Assembly (NCBI GenBank): GCA_009927815.1 | Contig: RFMI01000032.1 | Span: 1 to 55,706 of the forward strand | DNA from: Betaproteobacteria bacterium | Lineage (GTDB): Bacteria > Pseudomonadota > Gammaproteobacteria > Burkholderiales > UBA3065 | Direction of reading: 5' to 3' | Length of the DNA: 55,706 nt | Shown here: in pieces, positions 54,701 to 55,706 of the stretch | Numbering within the stretch: position 1 is the stretch's first letter | How the letters are laid out: each line of letters opens with the position of its first letter | Program-made: the position numbers and the translations under genes | The notes under the pieces: model-generated | Database searches by the model: none | Told to the model about the DNA's origin: nothing | Seen by the model: the letters and a program-made list of their open reading frames with translations, nothing else

Positions 54701-55618
54701 TACCACTACGCCTTCGTGGTCGATGCCGAGGAGGGTCTGTACGCAGTCAACCTCGACACCTTCGCCGACGGTGAGGCGCGCAACAATTTCCTCAAGCGTG
54801 CCGTGACGTGGAATCCGAATGGCATGCTGAACGGCGCGCGGCACATCGTTGTGGCGGGCCACTACGCCTACATCACCACGCCGAAGGGTCTTGAGATCGT
54901 CGACCTTGACGACCCGCTGCACCCCAAGCCCCTCGCCTCCATCCCGCTGAACGACGCCCGGGCGAGCGCGGTGCAGTTCCGCTATGTCTACGTGACGACT
55001 GCGGAAGGCTTGCGCGTGGTCGACATCACCAATATGAAGCCGAAGCTTTTGCCGGCGGTGGTACCGCTTAAGGATGCGCGCCGCGTCTACCTGGCCCGTA
55101 CCTATGCCTATGTGGCGGCCGGCGCCGAGGGTCTGGCGATCGTCGACATCGAGAAGGCCGATAAGCCGCGCGTGTATCAAATGTTCGACGCCGACGGCAA
55201 GATCAACGATGCCCAGGACGTGATTGTCGGCAGCACCAACGCATCGTTGTTCGCCTACATCGCTGATGGCCGCAATGGCCTCAAGGTGCTGCAACTGACC
55301 TCACCTGAAAGCCAGCCCGGCTTCTACGGTTTCTCGCCAGAGCCCAAGCCTGAGCTGATCGCTTGGCGCAAGACCACCTCGCGGGCCTTGGCGCTGAGTA
55401 AAGGTCTCGACCGTGACCGTGCCGTGGACGAGACCGGTGGGCAGATCGCCATCGTCGGCCGTATCGGCGCACGGCCGTTCACCCGCAAGGAGATGGACAA
55501 GATGTACTTGAATCCCAAGGGTGAGCTGTGGACGGTAACCGACCGCGGCCAGTCGGGCGACTATGTGCCGCGCAAGGCGCCAACCGCCGGGGCCAGTGAC
55601 AAACGAGGCAAGCCATGA
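51746..55618 (+). CDS. Large exported decaheme cytochrome c with C-terminal LVIVD-repeat beta-propeller
   Basis: 10 CxxCH: CMTCH, CTDCH, CGACH, CTACH, CMNCH, CVDCH, CADCH, CFTCH, CAGCH, CTDCH; LVIVD-like repeats YLFVAEG..FRVYDI, YAYITT..LEIVDL, YVYVTT..LRVVDI, YAYVAAG..LAIVDI. Confidence 0.88.
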   Translation: MFKLPLRSLPTNALMRGALLRGASVLALLVPALLGAALMYEPASASERKLTERHYVMAPSAPKAQTWAQAKSKSDGCMTCHTETDQHTMHANPGVVLGCTDCHGGDNSIRRAEKGPEAERKHPAYERAMELAHILPRDEHLWQGSRNPEGSYARLNKEHAAFVRFINPGDLRVAREACGACHLPIIQAQERSLMSTSSMLWGGAAYNNGILPFKRYMLGEAYTQDGTAAAIVNPVKPDEDLYVFKGVLEKLYPLPAWETIPPGDIFRVFERGGRVINSSFPEIGLPNSSGTLQKLDEPGRPDIKQSNRGPGTGNRISVPVINLTKTRLNDPHLWFLGTNDNPGDYRSSGCTACHVVYANDRQPEHSGPYAQFGNMGRTQTKDPTIPRDESGHPLKHEFTRAMPSSLCMNCHMHQPNIYINSFYGNIQYDYEPDAPRMFPAKQHYPTDAEIREVNQRNPEEAVIRGNWRDRDFLNDLWLKNGEMKDTQFADYHGHGWAFRAVFKRNRKGNLLDKVGNIVSDDDPDKFKKAVHMASIHMDLGMHCVDCHFSQDMHGNGHIYGEVAAAVEIDCADCHGTAKNYPTLHTSGPASRPGGMDLTLLKTQDGRKRFEWRDGKLYQRAALDPNKEWEMSLVKDTVNPKHPQYNEKAARAKLMAAGEDGRNGKWGQGVDKLAHDNDKMLCFTCHLSWTTSCAGCHLPIQANWKTERNHFEGGETRNYATYNVQVARDDMFFLGKHGPVKNSRIAPFRSSSALVLSSMNSNRERIYYQQPPIAASGFSSQAFAPHYPHTERKEETKTCTDCHVSRDNDNNAIMAQLLLQGTNFVNFVGRYAWVGAEKDVESVGVTEWDEPQAVLGSYLQKYAYPDWYAEHQAAGREIVDTPRHEAANHLATPSGDAARCLQMRGEYLFVAEGKGGFRVYDIAGNGNKGVSQRIITAPYSPLGQDTHVPSKNATCVALPTNQPIAPTRNEGDLMRKVNLEQPFHPIYHYAFVVDAEEGLYAVNLDTFADGEARNNFLKRAVTWNPNGMLNGARHIVVAGHYAYITTPKGLEIVDLDDPLHPKPLASIPLNDARASAVQFRYVYVTTAEGLRVVDITNMKPKLLPAVVPLKDARRVYLARTYAYVAAGAEGLAIVDIEKADKPRVYQMFDADGKINDAQDVIVGSTNASLFAYIADGRNGLKVLQLTSPESQPGFYGFSPEPKPELIAWRKTTSRALALSKGLDRDRAVDETGGQIAIVGRIGARPFTRKEMDKMYLNPKGELWTVTDRGQSGDYVPRKAPTAGASDKRGKP

Positions 55619-55706
55619 CAACCGCCATTCATTCCATCCTGACGTCCGTACTGGGCGCTGCTGCGGCGCTGATGCTGGTTGCAGCGCCGGTGCAGGCCCG
55701 GACGAC
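55615..55706 (+). CDS. Exported protein, 5' end (partial)
   Basis: ATG overlaps the previous stop; MTTAIHSILTSVLGAAAALMLVAAPVQA looks like a Sec signal peptide; runs off the window. Confidence 0.6.
   Translation, partial: MTTAIHSILTSVLGAAAALMLVAAPVQART

Overview
GC-rich proteobacterial DNA, most likely from a betaproteobacterial anoxygenic phototroph (inferred from the SRP RNA form, the YbaB N-terminus and the gene order). 1-23.5 kb is part of a photosynthesis gene cluster: crtI(3')-crtB, a convergent ppaA/aerR-ppsR-crtA-crtD-crtC run, then bchFNBHLM-lhaA-puhABC-orf-acsF-puhE-dxs. 23.5-30 kb is largely housekeeping: a PAS-EAL gene with a perfect FNR box, ffs, pagL-like, dnaX-ybaB-recR, parA-like, tRNA-fMet and tatAB without tatC. 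30-55.7 kb is a redox-rich accessory block. It holds (i) a Tat metallophosphoesterase / TsdA-SoxA-like monoheme cytochrome / DUF1566 / HiPIP operon, (ii) a stand-alone tetraheme pufC behind tandem PpsR boxes, (iii) an OYE, (iv) a 36-aa-repeat protein coupled to a GAF-GAF-PAS adenylate cyclase and (v) a full System I ccm operon with a CcmAB fusion. Divergent from ccm is an uncharacterised operon: His-rich membrane protein, decaheme cytochrome, tandem GlcG/HbpS protein, SH3 beta-barrel and a 1290-aa decaheme LVIVD protein. The best candidate for a new system is a non-Mtr/Pio envelope-spanning multiheme conduit, possibly linked to the reaction centre via HiPIP and the separate PufC; that link is inference only. 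Seven to eight single-base frameshifts at short homopolymers (bchM, lhaA, dnaX x2, ccmG, ccmF, ccmC, possibly the cyclase) look like sequencing errors.
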